Below are positions 31,024 through 41,407 of a stretch of DNA of 64,000 nucleotides, piece by piece. Positions within the stretch are counted from its first letter, which is position 1; each line of letters opens with the position of its first letter. Position numbers and translations under genes: made by a program. Where the stretch lies: positions 160,001 through 224,000 of the forward strand of contig CAVTRY010000011.1 in NCBI GenBank assembly GCA_963737265.1. The letters run 5' to 3'. The notes below the pieces were generated by a model. It saw nothing but the letters and a program-made list of their open reading frames with translations, was not told where the DNA came from and did not search any database. The DNA is from an uncultured delta proteobacterium (GTDB taxonomy: Bacteria > Myxococcota_A > Polyangia > Fen-1088).

Positions 31024-31854
31024 CTACTTGCCGCTCGTTTCGGGCTTGGCTCCGCTCTTGGGCGCGGGGGCGCTGCGCGAGGCAGCGTCGGCGGCAGCGG
31101 CAGCGGCGGCGGCGGCGTCGGCGGCGCCCGCCGCGGTGGTGGGCAGGGCGACTCCGGCGCCACCGCCACCCGCTTGGGCGACCGGCGTTTCCGGGGTTCC
31201 CTCGGGGTTGCGATCCCACTTGTCGACGCGGCCCGAGCCGGTGGTGTCGTAGCCAACCCGGTCGAGGTGTCCGTTCTCGAAGTACTGCCATTCGTCAATC
31301 CTGCCGTCGCCGTTGCTATCCCGCTCGACCCGCACCAACTTGCCGCCCTCGTAGAACTCGAAATAGTCCGGCCTGCCGTCGAAATCCATGTCCTTCTCGG
31401 CCCGAACCTTCTTGCCCTCCTGGTAGAACGTGCGGCCGTTGAACTTGCCGTTGTAGTTCATGGAATACTCGTCCATGACCAGGTCGCCCGCCGGCCCGTA
31501 GTACTGGATGAGGTCGATCTTGCCGTCGAAGTCCAGGTCGGTCTGCTTGCAGACCAGCTGCTGCACCGAATGGCCGTCCTGGGTCGCGGAAACGAATATT
31601 TTGATGACGTCGGGCTTGCCGTCGCCGTTGGCATCCAGGGAAACCACCTGCTTTCCCCGGTCGTCGCAGCGCGAGCGGTCGAACTTGGCGCCGAAATCGC
31701 CTTGGGAAACATTAGGGTCGGAACCCGGATTCCCCGTCGGCGGCGTTTGGGTGCCCGCGCAGCCAGCAGAAACGGCGGCAATGGCGAGTCCGATCGACAG
31801 AAGACGCGCGGTCCAACCGGACGCGCGGATAGAGGGTGCGTGGAATGGGCGCAT
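31024..31854 (-). CDS. lipoprotein with DxDxDG (Ca-binding-type) repeats
   Basis: Lipobox AGC; DANGDGKPD, DLDFDGKID, DMDFDGRPD, DSNGDGRID and DTTGSGRVD repeats. Confidence 0.8.
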   Translation of the reverse strand: MRPFHAPSIRASGWTARLLSIGLAIAAVSAGCAGTQTPPTGNPGSDPNVSQGDFGAKFDRSRCDDRGKQVVSLDANGDGKPDVIKIFVSATQDGHSVQQLVCKQTDLDFDGKIDLIQYYGPAGDLVMDEYSMNYNGKFNGRTFYQEGKKVRAEKDMDFDGRPDYFEFYEGGKLVRVERDSNGDGRIDEWQYFENGHLDRVGYDTTGSGRVDKWDRNPEGTPETPVAQAGGGGAGVALPTTAAGAADAAAAAAAAADAASRSAPAPKSGAKPETSGK

Positions 31855-31943
31855 AAGCGGTAGGCTAGGCCAAGTGGACGATTGCGGCAAGGGGCAGTGA
31901 CACTTCAATTGACTATCGACATATGGTCATGCAAGGTCTTGCC

Positions 31944-32129
31944 ATGGCACGGAACAAGATTTCCACGACCGTGTACATCACCGCGGAACAGAACGAGCAG
32001 CTAAAGCTCCTGCATCACAAGACGAAGGTGCCGGTCGCGGAATACATTCGCCAAGGAATCGACTTGGTGCTGGAGCGAGAGAAAGCGCATCTTCCAGGGC
32101 AGCTCTCGCTCGATGTGGTACGCAAATAG
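31944..32129 (+). CDS. ribbon-helix-helix DNA-binding protein
   Basis: KISTTVYITAEQNEQLKLLHHKTKVPVAEYIRQGID. Confidence 0.8.
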   Translation: MARNKISTTVYITAEQNEQLKLLHHKTKVPVAEYIRQGIDLVLEREKAHLPGQLSLDVVRK

Positions 32130-32183
32130 CCCGACCAGCGCCCCCGCAAGTCCCGCAGCCAGTTCCGTAGAAGGTGTAACGAA

Positions 32184-33986
32184 GTGCCGACCCCGACCCA
32201 TCTGATTCGCAATTTCTCCATCATCGCCCACATCGACCACGGAAAATCGACGCTGGCCGATCGCCTGATCGAGTTCACCGGCGCGCTCACCCAGCGCGAA
32301 CAGAAGGACCAGTTTCTCGACAACATGGAGCTCGAGCGCGAGCGAGGCATCACCATCAAGGCAGCCACCGTGCGCCTGTCGTACAAGGCGCAGGACGGAC
32401 AAACCTACGAGCTCAACCTCATCGATACGCCGGGGCACGTGGACTTTCACTACGAAGTGTCGCGCTCGCTGGCGGCGTGCGAAGGTGCGCTGTTGGTGGT
32501 GGATGCCTCGCAGGGCGTGGAGGCGCAAACCCTGGCCAACGTCTACATGGCCGCGGAGCACAACCTGGCCATCGTTCCCGTGATCAACAAGATCGACCTG
32601 CCGTCCGCCGATCCCGAGAACGCCAGACGCGAGATTGAGGAAATCATCGGCATCGATGCCTCCGGGGCCATTCTTGCCTCGGCCAAGGACGGACGCGGCA
32701 TCGAAGAAACCTTGGAGGCCGTGGTCAAACGCATTCCGCCGCCGCAAGGAGATGCGCAACGGCCACTCAAGGTGCTCTTGCTCGACAGCTGGTACGACAG
32801 CTACCGGGGCGTGGTGTTGCTGGTGCGGGTGTTCGACGGAACCTTGCGCCTCAAACAAAAGATTCGCCTGGTCGCGGCCGGGCGCGATCACGAGATCGTC
32901 GGCCTCGGCGCGTTCGCCCCTTTCGCCAAGGACGTGGAAGAGCTCGGCCCGGGCGAGGTGGGCTTTCTCACCGCCGCCATCAAGGATGTCGCCGACGCGC
33001 GCGTGGGCGACACCATCACCGAGGCGAGCAAGCCCTGCGAAACGCCGTTGCCGGGCTTCCAGCCCGCCAAGCCCATGGTGTTCGCCGGGATTTTTCCGAC
33101 CGATCCGGCGCGCTACGTGGACTTTCGCGATGCCCTCGACAAGTTACGGCTCAACGACGCCTCGTTCAGCCGCGAGCCCGAGGTGTCGGCCGCGCTCGGC
33201 TTCGGCTTCCGCTGCGGCTTCCTCGGCCTTCTGCACATGGAGATCATCCAGGAACGCCTGGAGCGCGAGTACGATCTCGACCTCATCACCACGGCGCCCA
33301 CCGTGCGTTTTCAGGTCATCGGACGCGATGGCACGGTCACGGAGCTCGACAATCCCGCCAAATTCCCGTCGGAGGGCGACATCGAGCGCATCGAAGAGCC
33401 CATGATCGCCGCGGTCATTCACACGCCGCCCGAGTTCGTCGGCGGCATGCTCAAGCTGTGCGAGGAACGGCGCGGAACCCAGACCGGGCTAAGCTACGCC
33501 GGCGAACGCCGGGTCATGATCCGCTACGACCTGCCCCTGACCGAGGTCGTGTTCGGCTTCTACGACCGCATGAAATCCATCTCGCGCGGCTACGCCTCGC
33601 TCGACTACGAGCCCAAGGGCTACCGTGCCGCCGACCTCATTCGCCTCGATCTCCTGGTGAACGGCGATCGCGTGGATTCGCTTTCCGCTATCGTCCACCG
33701 CGAAACCTCGTATATCAAGGGTCGCGATCTGTGCGTGAAGATGAAGGAGCTTATTCCCATGCAGCAGTTCGAGGTCGCCATTCAGGCGTCGATCGGATCG
33801 CGTGTGATCGCGAAAACGGTGGTAAAAGCCCTGCGCAAGAACGTCACGGCAAAGTGCTACGGTGGCGACATCAGTCGGAAACGCAAACTTCTCGAACGGC
33901 AGAAAGAGGGGAAGAAACGCATGAAACAGGTGGGAAACGTGGAGATCCCGCAAGAGGCGTTCCTGGCCATCTTGAAGGTCGACTAG
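32184..33986 (+). CDS. lepA: elongation factor 4
   Basis: [32 protein letters not shown] and [14 protein letters not shown] motifs. Confidence 0.98.
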   Translation: MPTPTHLIRNFSIIAHIDHGKSTLADRLIEFTGALTQREQKDQFLDNMELERERGITIKAATVRLSYKAQDGQTYELNLIDTPGHVDFHYEVSRSLAACEGALLVVDASQGVEAQTLANVYMAAEHNLAIVPVINKIDLPSADPENARREIEEIIGIDASGAILASAKDGRGIEETLEAVVKRIPPPQGDAQRPLKVLLLDSWYDSYRGVVLLVRVFDGTLRLKQKIRLVAAGRDHEIVGLGAFAPFAKDVEELGPGEVGFLTAAIKDVADARVGDTITEASKPCETPLPGFQPAKPMVFAGIFPTDPARYVDFRDALDKLRLNDASFSREPEVSAALGFGFRCGFLGLLHMEIIQERLEREYDLDLITTAPTVRFQVIGRDGTVTELDNPAKFPSEGDIERIEEPMIAAVIHTPPEFVGGMLKLCEERRGTQTGLSYAGERRVMIRYDLPLTEVVFGFYDRMKSISRGYASLDYEPKGYRAADLIRLDLLVNGDRVDSLSAIVHRETSYIKGRDLCVKMKELIPMQQFEVAIQASIGSRVIAKTVVKALRKNVTAKCYGGDISRKRKLLERQKEGKKRMKQVGNVEIPQEAFLAILKVD

Positions 33987-33988
33987 CC

Positions 33989-34966
33989 ATGCTTTTAAAT
34001 CTTCTCAAAGCCTGGCGTAACCACCGACAGTGGAGCCGCGCCAAAGCCGAAGCCAAACAACTGGTGGGCGAGACCAAGCGCATTCTCAAAAAGAAACGCT
34101 ACCGCATCCCCGAGTCGGTCGCGAGCGCGATGATGGCATCGGTCGCCGAGGTGGCGGCGGCTCGCAAGGGCGATGCCTTCGAGCGCCTGCGTTTGGCCAT
34201 CGTCGATCTGGACGGAAAGATGGACCAGCACCTGGCATTCGCGCGCAAGTCGGCCACGCGCCAGTACGCCGAATCCATCGGCCTCGCGCTCGGCGTGGCG
34301 CTACTCCTGCGCGCCTTTGTCGTCGAGGCCTTCCAGATTCCGTCGGGATCGATGATTCCCACCCTGGAAGTGGGCGATCACATTTTTGTTTCGAAGTTCT
34401 CCTACGCCGTGGGTATCCCGTTCACCAACGCCAAGATCGCCGAGCTTGGCTTGCCCAAGCGGGGCGACATCATCGTCTTCAAATACCCGCCCGATCAGAG
34501 CGTGGACTACATCAAGCGCGTGGTGGGCCTGCCCGGTGAGACCATCGAAGTCCGCCGCAACGAGGTGTTCATCGACGGTCGCCCCATGGCGCGCGAGCGC
34601 GTGCCCGGGCAGTGCACGTCGAACGACGGCCCAGGCTTCGAGGGTGAAGATGACCGCCACGACTGCGAGGTGTGGCTGGAGCATCTCGATGACAAAACCC
34701 ACGTGACCCATCAAGACCCGCGTCTCGGCCCGTCGGATTTCGGCCCGGTCAAGATCCCGCAGGGGCACTTCTTCGCCATGGGCGACAATCGCGACAACTC
34801 GCGCGACTCGCGCGTGTGGGGCTTCGTCCCCTACGAGCTCATCAAGGGCCGTGCCCTAATCGTCTGGTGGTCGCGCGATCCGGCCCGCGGCGGCCTGTCC
34901 GCCGATGGCGTGGCCGATTGGTTCAAGTCCATCCGCTGGCGCAGGTTCTTTCAGCGGATTGAGTAG
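33989..34966 (+). CDS. lepB: signal peptidase I
   Basis: IPSGSMIPTL, DYIKRVVG and GDNRDNSRDSR motifs; N-terminal helical extension. Confidence 0.95.
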   Translation: MLLNLLKAWRNHRQWSRAKAEAKQLVGETKRILKKKRYRIPESVASAMMASVAEVAAARKGDAFERLRLAIVDLDGKMDQHLAFARKSATRQYAESIGLALGVALLLRAFVVEAFQIPSGSMIPTLEVGDHIFVSKFSYAVGIPFTNAKIAELGLPKRGDIIVFKYPPDQSVDYIKRVVGLPGETIEVRRNEVFIDGRPMARERVPGQCTSNDGPGFEGEDDRHDCEVWLEHLDDKTHVTHQDPRLGPSDFGPVKIPQGHFFAMGDNRDNSRDSRVWGFVPYELIKGRALIVWWSRDPARGGLSADGVADWFKSIRWRRFFQRIE

Positions 34967-34999
34967 CGTGCCTTGGGGGCGGATGTGCCGCAACCCAGG

Positions 35000-37318
35000 T
35001 CAGGTCGAGCCTGAGGAGAAGTCGCGGAGAAAGTCTACGAGGAAGGATTCCATGGGCGACGTCGGGTGCGAGGGAATCATCCCGGTGGTGTAGCCGCGGG
35101 CCACGAACGGCGCAACCAGCGAAGGATCGCGGCTGATCACGTGGACCGGGACGGCCCAGGACGGCGAATTGTCCGTGATCTCCGAGACCGGTTGGTGGTC
35201 TCCCAAGATGACGAACAGCGAATCGTCGTCGACGAAGATCGTCAGGTAATCGTCGAGGACCTGCAGGTCGTAAAGGATGCTGGTTAGGTACGGCTCCGCC
35301 GCATTCGAGAAGTCGGGCCAGTTGGTGTGGGCCCGCTTGAGTGGATGCGTGTTGTAGATACTGCCGTCGCCGATTTGCGACCAGTCTTCGACCATGGTCG
35401 GGATGTGGCTCCAGGGGGCGTGGCTTGACACCAACACGTAGGTGACAAAGAGCGGGCCAGTTCGCTTGGCAAGAACGTTGCGGCGGGCGTAATCCATGAC
35501 GTACTGGTCGGGCATGGACGCCCACGCGAAGGCCGGGCCGGCATAGTCGAAATCCCAATTCCTGTAGACTCGATCGAAATCGTAGAAGTCGGCGGTGGGC
35601 GATGGTCGGTTGGTATTGGGCTCGACCATCGTCGTGTAATAGCCGGTATCGTGCATGAGGCGCGCCATGCTGCGTGGGTGGCTCACGCCAAGCAGGTCGT
35701 ATTGCAATTGATCGGTCGTGCGCACGCCGGTGAGTAGCGTCGCGTGTGCCAGCCACGACATTCCTCCGTAGGTCGCCGACTCCATTAGGCCCGAGGCCGA
35801 CGCGAACCCGTGACGGTCGAGGTCCGACTGCATAGCCTTGAGCGCGGGCAGGGCCTTTTCGGCGAAGGAGGGCCGATCGAGCACCGTTGCGCCGTACGAC
35901 TCGACGAAGATCAGATACACGTTCGCGTGGTGCAGGCGCTCGAGATGCGAGGGCGTGTGGTTGAGGACGTCCTGGGTTCGGGCAATGTTGCGCATTCCAC
36001 TTAAACGATGGTCATAGACATTGAGCAGGAAGGTCGCCTCGCGCTGTAGTCGCGGCACCGTGCTGGCCGCGAAGGCGCCAGCGTAGCGTTCGTTGTAGCG
36101 GGGATCCTGATCGAGAAATGCTGAAGCGATGGCAAAGGGCATTGCCAGAGCCACCAACAGCAGCACCCGGCGGCGGCGCTGGAGGTACGCCGCCGAAAAC
36201 GCGACGGCGCGATCGACGGCCAGCACCAGCAGCCCGACGACAGCGAGCGCGCCCACGACGCCCGCGTAGAACTTCCACGCGGCGAAGGTCGAATGCGCGT
36301 AACGAACCAAATCGGGGGCGAGCGGCAAGTCGATATAGAGATTGAAGAGCTTGCCGAAGTAGCGGCCGGTGACCCCGTCCCCAATGCGCAGGCCGCGAAT
36401 AAGGACGAAGAGGGCGACGATCGGAATCCGCGCGCCCCAGGGCAGTCGCCACCCGGCAAGCCCAAGGAGAGCGAACAGCGCCAACAGCAGGGTCACATCG
36501 AGAGACGGCAGAAAATACCATCCCGTCGGCTCGGTCGCGGGGTAGCGGACATTCACCATGAGATTGAGGAACGACCACGCCAGCAGGAAGAAGAGCGTCG
36601 GAGACACGTAACGCCAAGCCGCCTGCCCCGCGGCCAGCATGGACCGCGGGAGACGCCACGGACGAGGGTAGGATTGCATAAACGAATACGTGAACGACGC
36701 GCCGACGATCGCGCTGGCGAGGGCGGCAGCTAGAGTGCGGGCAAAGATGCCGCCCACGAGGAGAGCGCCCAGAAACAGGGTCGTGCTGGTAAGAAACGCC
36801 CGCCGTCCGAAGCGCGAACGCTGCGCCGCCACGCCGGTTGGAGGTGCAAGCACTAGAATCAGCACGTAGGCATAGCGAAGAGTGCCCGGGACCAGTACCC
36901 ATTCGCCCACCCCGCGGCGCAGCCAAAGGACGAGACCAAGGACGACCACCAGGGTGGCATCGGTCTCGCAGTCAAAGATCGCCCCGAATTCCGAGGCACA
37001 GCCAAAGCGGCGTGCTACCACGCCATCCACGGCGTCCAGCAAAAAGGCGGCCAGGAGCGCCACGAAAGGGACGTTCTGGCCGAGCAGCGGGAGCGCGGCC
37101 GCCACTGCCAACAGCAGCGCCAGCCGGAACAGCGTGATGAGATTGGCTGGTCCAAAGCCACCGGTCGGTGTCCAGCGACCGGCCGCACTGGCAATGAGCG
37201 CAAGCAAGGACAAGCCAGCCCCCACGCTCACCGGCCAGGCTGCGTTCAAAACCAGGGAAACCGCGTAGGCCGTCAGCACCGCAACCGCATGCATGGGCAA
37301 AGTCCAACCGCCTCTCAC
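35000..37318 (-). CDS. CDP-alcohol phosphotransferase fused to a membrane-anchored sulfatase/alkaline-phosphatase-like domain
   Basis: PANLITLFR and DAVDGVVARRFGCASEFGAIFDCETD (CDP-AP motif); C-terminal FVESYG, GGMSWLAH, SSHAPW and GDHQP; GGAGG before the GTG. Confidence 0.8.
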   Translation of the reverse strand: MRGGWTLPMHAVAVLTAYAVSLVLNAAWPVSVGAGLSLLALIASAAGRWTPTGGFGPANLITLFRLALLLAVAAALPLLGQNVPFVALLAAFLLDAVDGVVARRFGCASEFGAIFDCETDATLVVVLGLVLWLRRGVGEWVLVPGTLRYAYVLILVLAPPTGVAAQRSRFGRRAFLTSTTLFLGALLVGGIFARTLAAALASAIVGASFTYSFMQSYPRPWRLPRSMLAAGQAAWRYVSPTLFFLLAWSFLNLMVNVRYPATEPTGWYFLPSLDVTLLLALFALLGLAGWRLPWGARIPIVALFVLIRGLRIGDGVTGRYFGKLFNLYIDLPLAPDLVRYAHSTFAAWKFYAGVVGALAVVGLLVLAVDRAVAFSAAYLQRRRRVLLLVALAMPFAIASAFLDQDPRYNERYAGAFAASTVPRLQREATFLLNVYDHRLSGMRNIARTQDVLNHTPSHLERLHHANVYLIFVESYGATVLDRPSFAEKALPALKAMQSDLDRHGFASASGLMESATYGGMSWLAHATLLTGVRTTDQLQYDLLGVSHPRSMARLMHDTGYYTTMVEPNTNRPSPTADFYDFDRVYRNWDFDYAGPAFAWASMPDQYVMDYARRNVLAKRTGPLFVTYVLVSSHAPWSHIPTMVEDWSQIGDGSIYNTHPLKRAHTNWPDFSNAAEPYLTSILYDLQVLDDYLTIFVDDDSLFVILGDHQPVSEITDNSPSWAVPVHVISRDPSLVAPFVARGYTTGMIPSHPTSPMESFLVDFLRDFSSGST

Positions 37319-37725
37319 GCCCCACCTCCAAGCCGAAGCACTTGGGTTGGACCGGAGATGGCGTATGTCGCCGCTGCGTTGTGTTCCACGGCCCGCCTGG
37401 CCTTTCTTGCGTCGCGAATAGCCTTAGGATGTTCCTGACCGTGATTGGTCGCCGCGCAACACGGAACCCATGTTTTCCGGCCAAGGTGGCGTCTTGTCCA
37501 GCTTGCCGGTCACCACGTTTCCGTCGGGATGCGATCCGTTGTTCGTTTCCTGCGAACCCGCGCTATGCGGGCTCGTCGCACCTCGCGGTTTCGACCCGGA
37601 TCGCAAGTCTTTCTGCGCTAAGCCACGAATGCTCCTTCAAGCCCTTCGCGTGCGAGGTAGTGCCGACAGTGGTCAGTGCGAGATCCTGTTGCTTTGGGGT
37701 AGGTGTCACGGGAAAGTAAGCCGCT

Positions 37726-38085
37726 GTGGAGGTCATTCTCGATCAGAACGCGGACGGGACGTGGTCGTCCGTCACGTTGCCCACGGGGGCCAGGCACAAG
37801 ATCATCCTGCGGCGGCGCAAGCTGGAAATCGAGCGCCGGTACCACGACGATCGGCCGGTCGAAGGGGCGCCGTTCACTGTCGAGCTCGCGGACGGCAACA
37901 AGATCGAGGGCAAGCTGGACGAGGCTGGCAAGGCGAGTGTGAAGCTGACCGCGCCGGCCAAGCGCATTCAGTTCGGCCCCGACGAACGCGACTGGACGCG
38001 CGTCGACCAGGAAAAGAACCCCGACCACAAGGACGAGCTCGGCGATGTCGACGCCTTCGTGAACGAGCGGTTTTCGCAAACATGA
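37726..38085 (+). CDS. small adaptor-like protein (VgrG/PAAR-tail, transthyretin-like module)
   Basis: YHDDRPVEGAPFTVELADGNKIEGKLDEAGKA...IQFGPDERDW; ATGA-coupled to the toxin gene. Start uncertain. Confidence 0.6.
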   Translation: MEVILDQNADGTWSSVTLPTGARHKIILRRRKLEIERRYHDDRPVEGAPFTVELADGNKIEGKLDEAGKASVKLTAPAKRIQFGPDERDWTRVDQEKNPDHKDELGDVDAFVNERFSQT

Positions 38086-39500
38086 GCGACGCCGAGCAAC
38101 AGTCCACCGTGAGCCAGGTGGGCAGCTGGATTTGGGGCACCATCGAAGGTGGCTTCAACGAGCAGCAATCCATCAGCCAGATCATCGTCGACGCCATCAT
38201 CGGCATGATCCCGCTGCTCGGCGACGTAACCGCTGTCCGCGATCTGGTGGCGGTCATCCTGCGGCTGGTCGAGCATCCCGAAAAGCGCCAGGACAAGCTG
38301 GAATGGCTGACCCTGGTGTTGCTGCTGTTCGCGCTGATTCCGGTCTTCGGCGGCGTCATCAAGGGCGTGGGGCGGCTGGTGCTCAAGGCTGGCGGGGAGG
38401 TGGGCAAGCACGCCGAGATCGTTCGCGACATCATCCAGTTGCTCAACCGGCTGGGCGAGGGCAACGCGGTCAAGTTCTTCCGCGCCCTCGATTTCGAGCA
38501 GTACACCGCTGAGATCGTCGGGCAATGGCGCAAGCTGACCCAGCGCCTGGACGACGTGATCGGTGGCGTCCTCCGCCGCGCGCGCTTTGCGATTCCAGAC
38601 GGCATGGTCAAGCGCCTGGAACAGCTCCAAACCGGCATTTGCGATCTTAAGCAAATCGGCGAGCGCATGATTCCCGACTCGCTCAAAGAGCTGAACCGGC
38701 GTCTCAAGACCCTGCAAAAGCACGTCTACGAAGGCGAGTGGCACGAGATCCCCGACGCCCTCAAGAGCGCCACGCGCGAGACCGAGGCGCGCCTGGTGGA
38801 GACGGAGGTCAAGGGCAAGCCCAAGAAGGTGTGGGAGCTTCACGATGTGCCCTTTCCGCCGGACGGCGCGGAGATGTATCACCATGTCGAAGGATGGCCG
38901 GACCTTGGAGATCCTCCTTGGACAAAGGAAGAAAATGCCTGGGTGATCGCATCCTTCAGTGGGCCGATTCGCCCCGTCAAGATTCCCGCTGGCACGAAGA
39001 TTCGTCGAATCGTGACCGACAAATCGAACAAGGCCGGTCCCTTTTGGAGCTACGAGCTCGCCCGCGACGGCAAGAGTTGGCGCGAGGACTGCGCCGTTCT
39101 CGAAAGCTGGAGCGGCAACGGATTCTTCGTCGAGCTGACTGTTCCGGAGGGCGGAATCTGGGCCTGGGAAGGCAAGATAGCCTCACAGGTCGAAGGTGCG
39201 GCGGAGGCTGCAACCTCTGGCCAGTTCCTGCGTGGCGGTGCAACTCAGGTCTTCATCGACTTCACCTTCCCGGCGCACGTGGGGCTGAAGGAGATGGTCG
39301 ATATGCTCGACCGCATCCCAACGAACTGGACGGGACATACGAACGTGAACGTTCCAGAAAAGATAGTTACGATTCAGAAGCTGGGCGTGAACGAGGTGGC
39401 GCCCAAGAGCGCCGCTGAGACTGGAGCGGCGGCAGGGCAACGAGCGGTGCGCGCGGAAGGTCGCGACGACCAGCAATCGCAGGCAGGGGGCGCACCATGA
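38082..39500 (+). CDS. polymorphic toxin / T6SS-type effector
   Basis: N-terminal DAIIGMIPLLGDVTAVRDL...LFALIPVFGG (pre-toxin TG-like); C-terminal R..GPFW..WREDCAVLESW..WEGKIASQ..LRGGATQ; immunity gene follows. Confidence 0.75.
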   Translation: MSDAEQQSTVSQVGSWIWGTIEGGFNEQQSISQIIVDAIIGMIPLLGDVTAVRDLVAVILRLVEHPEKRQDKLEWLTLVLLLFALIPVFGGVIKGVGRLVLKAGGEVGKHAEIVRDIIQLLNRLGEGNAVKFFRALDFEQYTAEIVGQWRKLTQRLDDVIGGVLRRARFAIPDGMVKRLEQLQTGICDLKQIGERMIPDSLKELNRRLKTLQKHVYEGEWHEIPDALKSATRETEARLVETEVKGKPKKVWELHDVPFPPDGAEMYHHVEGWPDLGDPPWTKEENAWVIASFSGPIRPVKIPAGTKIRRIVTDKSNKAGPFWSYELARDGKSWREDCAVLESWSGNGFFVELTVPEGGIWAWEGKIASQVEGAAEAATSGQFLRGGATQVFIDFTFPAHVGLKEMVDMLDRIPTNWTGHTNVNVPEKIVTIQKLGVNEVAPKSAAETGAAAGQRAVRAEGRDDQQSQAGGAP

Positions 39501-40378
39501 AGGACTTGGGACCGACGGTCACGAAGATCAGCGGACGTGAAATACAAGTTACTGAGCTGGATCGTGCGCGGGCCTTCTGGCTGCTGCAGAAGTACACCTC
39601 AGTCAGCTATCTACGGCGCATGTTTTCCCTATACGCTAACTTCGTGGCCGGCTACGAGGACTTCTCTCGGCGCGAAAAGGAACGCGTCGAATTCCACCGT
39701 GAGAACCTCACCCACTACTACACGTATCAAGCCTACTTGAGGGAGGGGCTCGATCTTCTTGAGCGCGGTTACAAGAGCGGTTACTCACGTATCGAGAGCG
39801 GCTGTTTTTTCGAAGAGTATCTAACCGGCCGACGTTTCGACGGTGGCTTCGAGCACGAAGAGATCGGTTTCCGCGCCCGCACGCCTCACGTCGACCTGTA
39901 CGCGTGGGGCGATGTGGCTTCGGGGCTGCGGACCAAGGTTTGGTACACGCTTAACGCAAAGTGGGCTTTTCCCCGCATTCTCGATCCAATCTATATCACC
40001 TTCCCCTTTCCCGCGACCCTTCCGCCCGCACCTGCACCGCAGGGTGCCGCCGTTACCACCGGGAAGGAAATTCCAAAATCGGGCATCTGGCAGCCCACGA
40101 CCACGCCTGCCGGCAGCCCGCAGTACCTGTGGGCCGGCCTCTACGCCCCTCGTGGCACCCGTCCCACCGAACGCCTCGACTATCCAGAGAGGCCTGCTGG
40201 GCATGGGTACAAGCTGAAGCCCGCGCACACCAACTACGAATACGCCGCCGAACCGACGGAGTGGCGGCTACTTTGGGAGGATCATCGCTACGAGGGCGGC
40301 CACATTCCCGACGAATCCGAATACCTCGACCCCAGCACCGAACCTCCGCCCTGGCCGCCGCTGGTTCCGCAGCCGTAG
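39497..40378 (+). CDS. Imm71/Imm72-type immunity protein
   Basis: RAFWLLQKYTSVSY, GKEIPKSGIWQP and WRLLWEDHRY (WxDxRY); ATGA overlap with the toxin. Confidence 0.75.
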   Translation: MKDLGPTVTKISGREIQVTELDRARAFWLLQKYTSVSYLRRMFSLYANFVAGYEDFSRREKERVEFHRENLTHYYTYQAYLREGLDLLERGYKSGYSRIESGCFFEEYLTGRRFDGGFEHEEIGFRARTPHVDLYAWGDVASGLRTKVWYTLNAKWAFPRILDPIYITFPFPATLPPAPAPQGAAVTTGKEIPKSGIWQPTTTPAGSPQYLWAGLYAPRGTRPTERLDYPERPAGHGYKLKPAHTNYEYAAEPTEWRLLWEDHRYEGGHIPDESEYLDPSTEPPPWPPLVPQP

Positions 40379-40390
40379 GCGCCGCGCCGG

Positions 40391-41281
40391 TTACGTGGCT
40401 GCGTCCTTGTCTTTGAAGGAGATGGTTGCATCGCCAGGTTCGATGTTCTCGACGTGAACGATCCCTTCAGGATCGGCGGCCGTGCCGCGTGAAGCGCCGT
40501 CGGAGAAAAACATGTCGACTTTTCCCTTCCAGGGCTGCTCCGATTCTTCCACGCACTCGATCGCGATCCAGCCGAGCTTGAGCTTGCGCATCTGCGACGG
40601 GGTAATGGCCGGTCCGGTGTCCTTCTCTGGCGCGCGCTCGACCGGCGCGCGGCGAAGAAGGATGAGTCCATCGGGCTCGGTGAGCGCGTGCCAGTCGCGC
40701 GTGATCTGATCGCGCGCCTTGACGAGAAGCTCGGCCAATTCCGTCGACGTGCCAGGTTGCTTGGCCAGCGCGTCCAGGATCTGCTTGGCCTCGTCCTGGC
40801 GGACCACGTGGTAGTAGTTGCGCTCGGGAAATTTCTCGAAGTCGATGTCGCGGATCAGGCGATAGTGCCGGCCCGCCTCGGTCAGTTTTCCACCCGTCTT
40901 GGCTTCGATCTCGCGAATCAGATGCCGCTTCGCCACCGCGGGATCGACGGGCCGCGCCGCCAGCACGGCCGGGTCGACCTTCTTGATGGCGACCAGGTCG
41001 CCAAGCCCTATCCCGTCCTTGATCAGATGGTTCACCGCGTACTCGTCCAGCGACGACAGCGGAAACCGCGACAGACCGGCGTCGGCGACGAAGCGCCGTA
41101 TAGCCCATCGGTTTTTCGGCCACAGGCGGCCAAAGTCCCACAACGCCTGGAAGGGACCGAGAGCCTCGTACTCGCCGTCGCGACACAGCCGACTCGCATC
41201 GAGCCTACCGACCAAGATGACCTTGCTTTCGATCTGCCAAAAAGGCGAGATGCCAAGAGAGGGGCCAAACATCAAATCCAT
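40391..41281 (-). CDS. hypothetical protein with C-terminal transthyretin/CarboxypepD-like module
   Basis: WIAIECVEESEQPW...FSDG...ADPEGIVHVENIEPGDATISF. Confidence 0.65.
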   Translation of the reverse strand: MDLMFGPSLGISPFWQIESKVILVGRLDASRLCRDGEYEALGPFQALWDFGRLWPKNRWAIRRFVADAGLSRFPLSSLDEYAVNHLIKDGIGLGDLVAIKKVDPAVLAARPVDPAVAKRHLIREIEAKTGGKLTEAGRHYRLIRDIDFEKFPERNYYHVVRQDEAKQILDALAKQPGTSTELAELLVKARDQITRDWHALTEPDGLILLRRAPVERAPEKDTGPAITPSQMRKLKLGWIAIECVEESEQPWKGKVDMFFSDGASRGTAADPEGIVHVENIEPGDATISFKDKDAAT

Positions 41282-41407
41282 GGCGCCATCCTATGCGTGA
41301 TTCGAAGGGCAGAGCAATTCGGATCCACGACGCGACACCGCCAAACCCTTGCGCGACGCCGTCCCATTCGAGTCTGGACGCCGCGGTGCCAAGCGCGCGA
41401 CGGCCGG

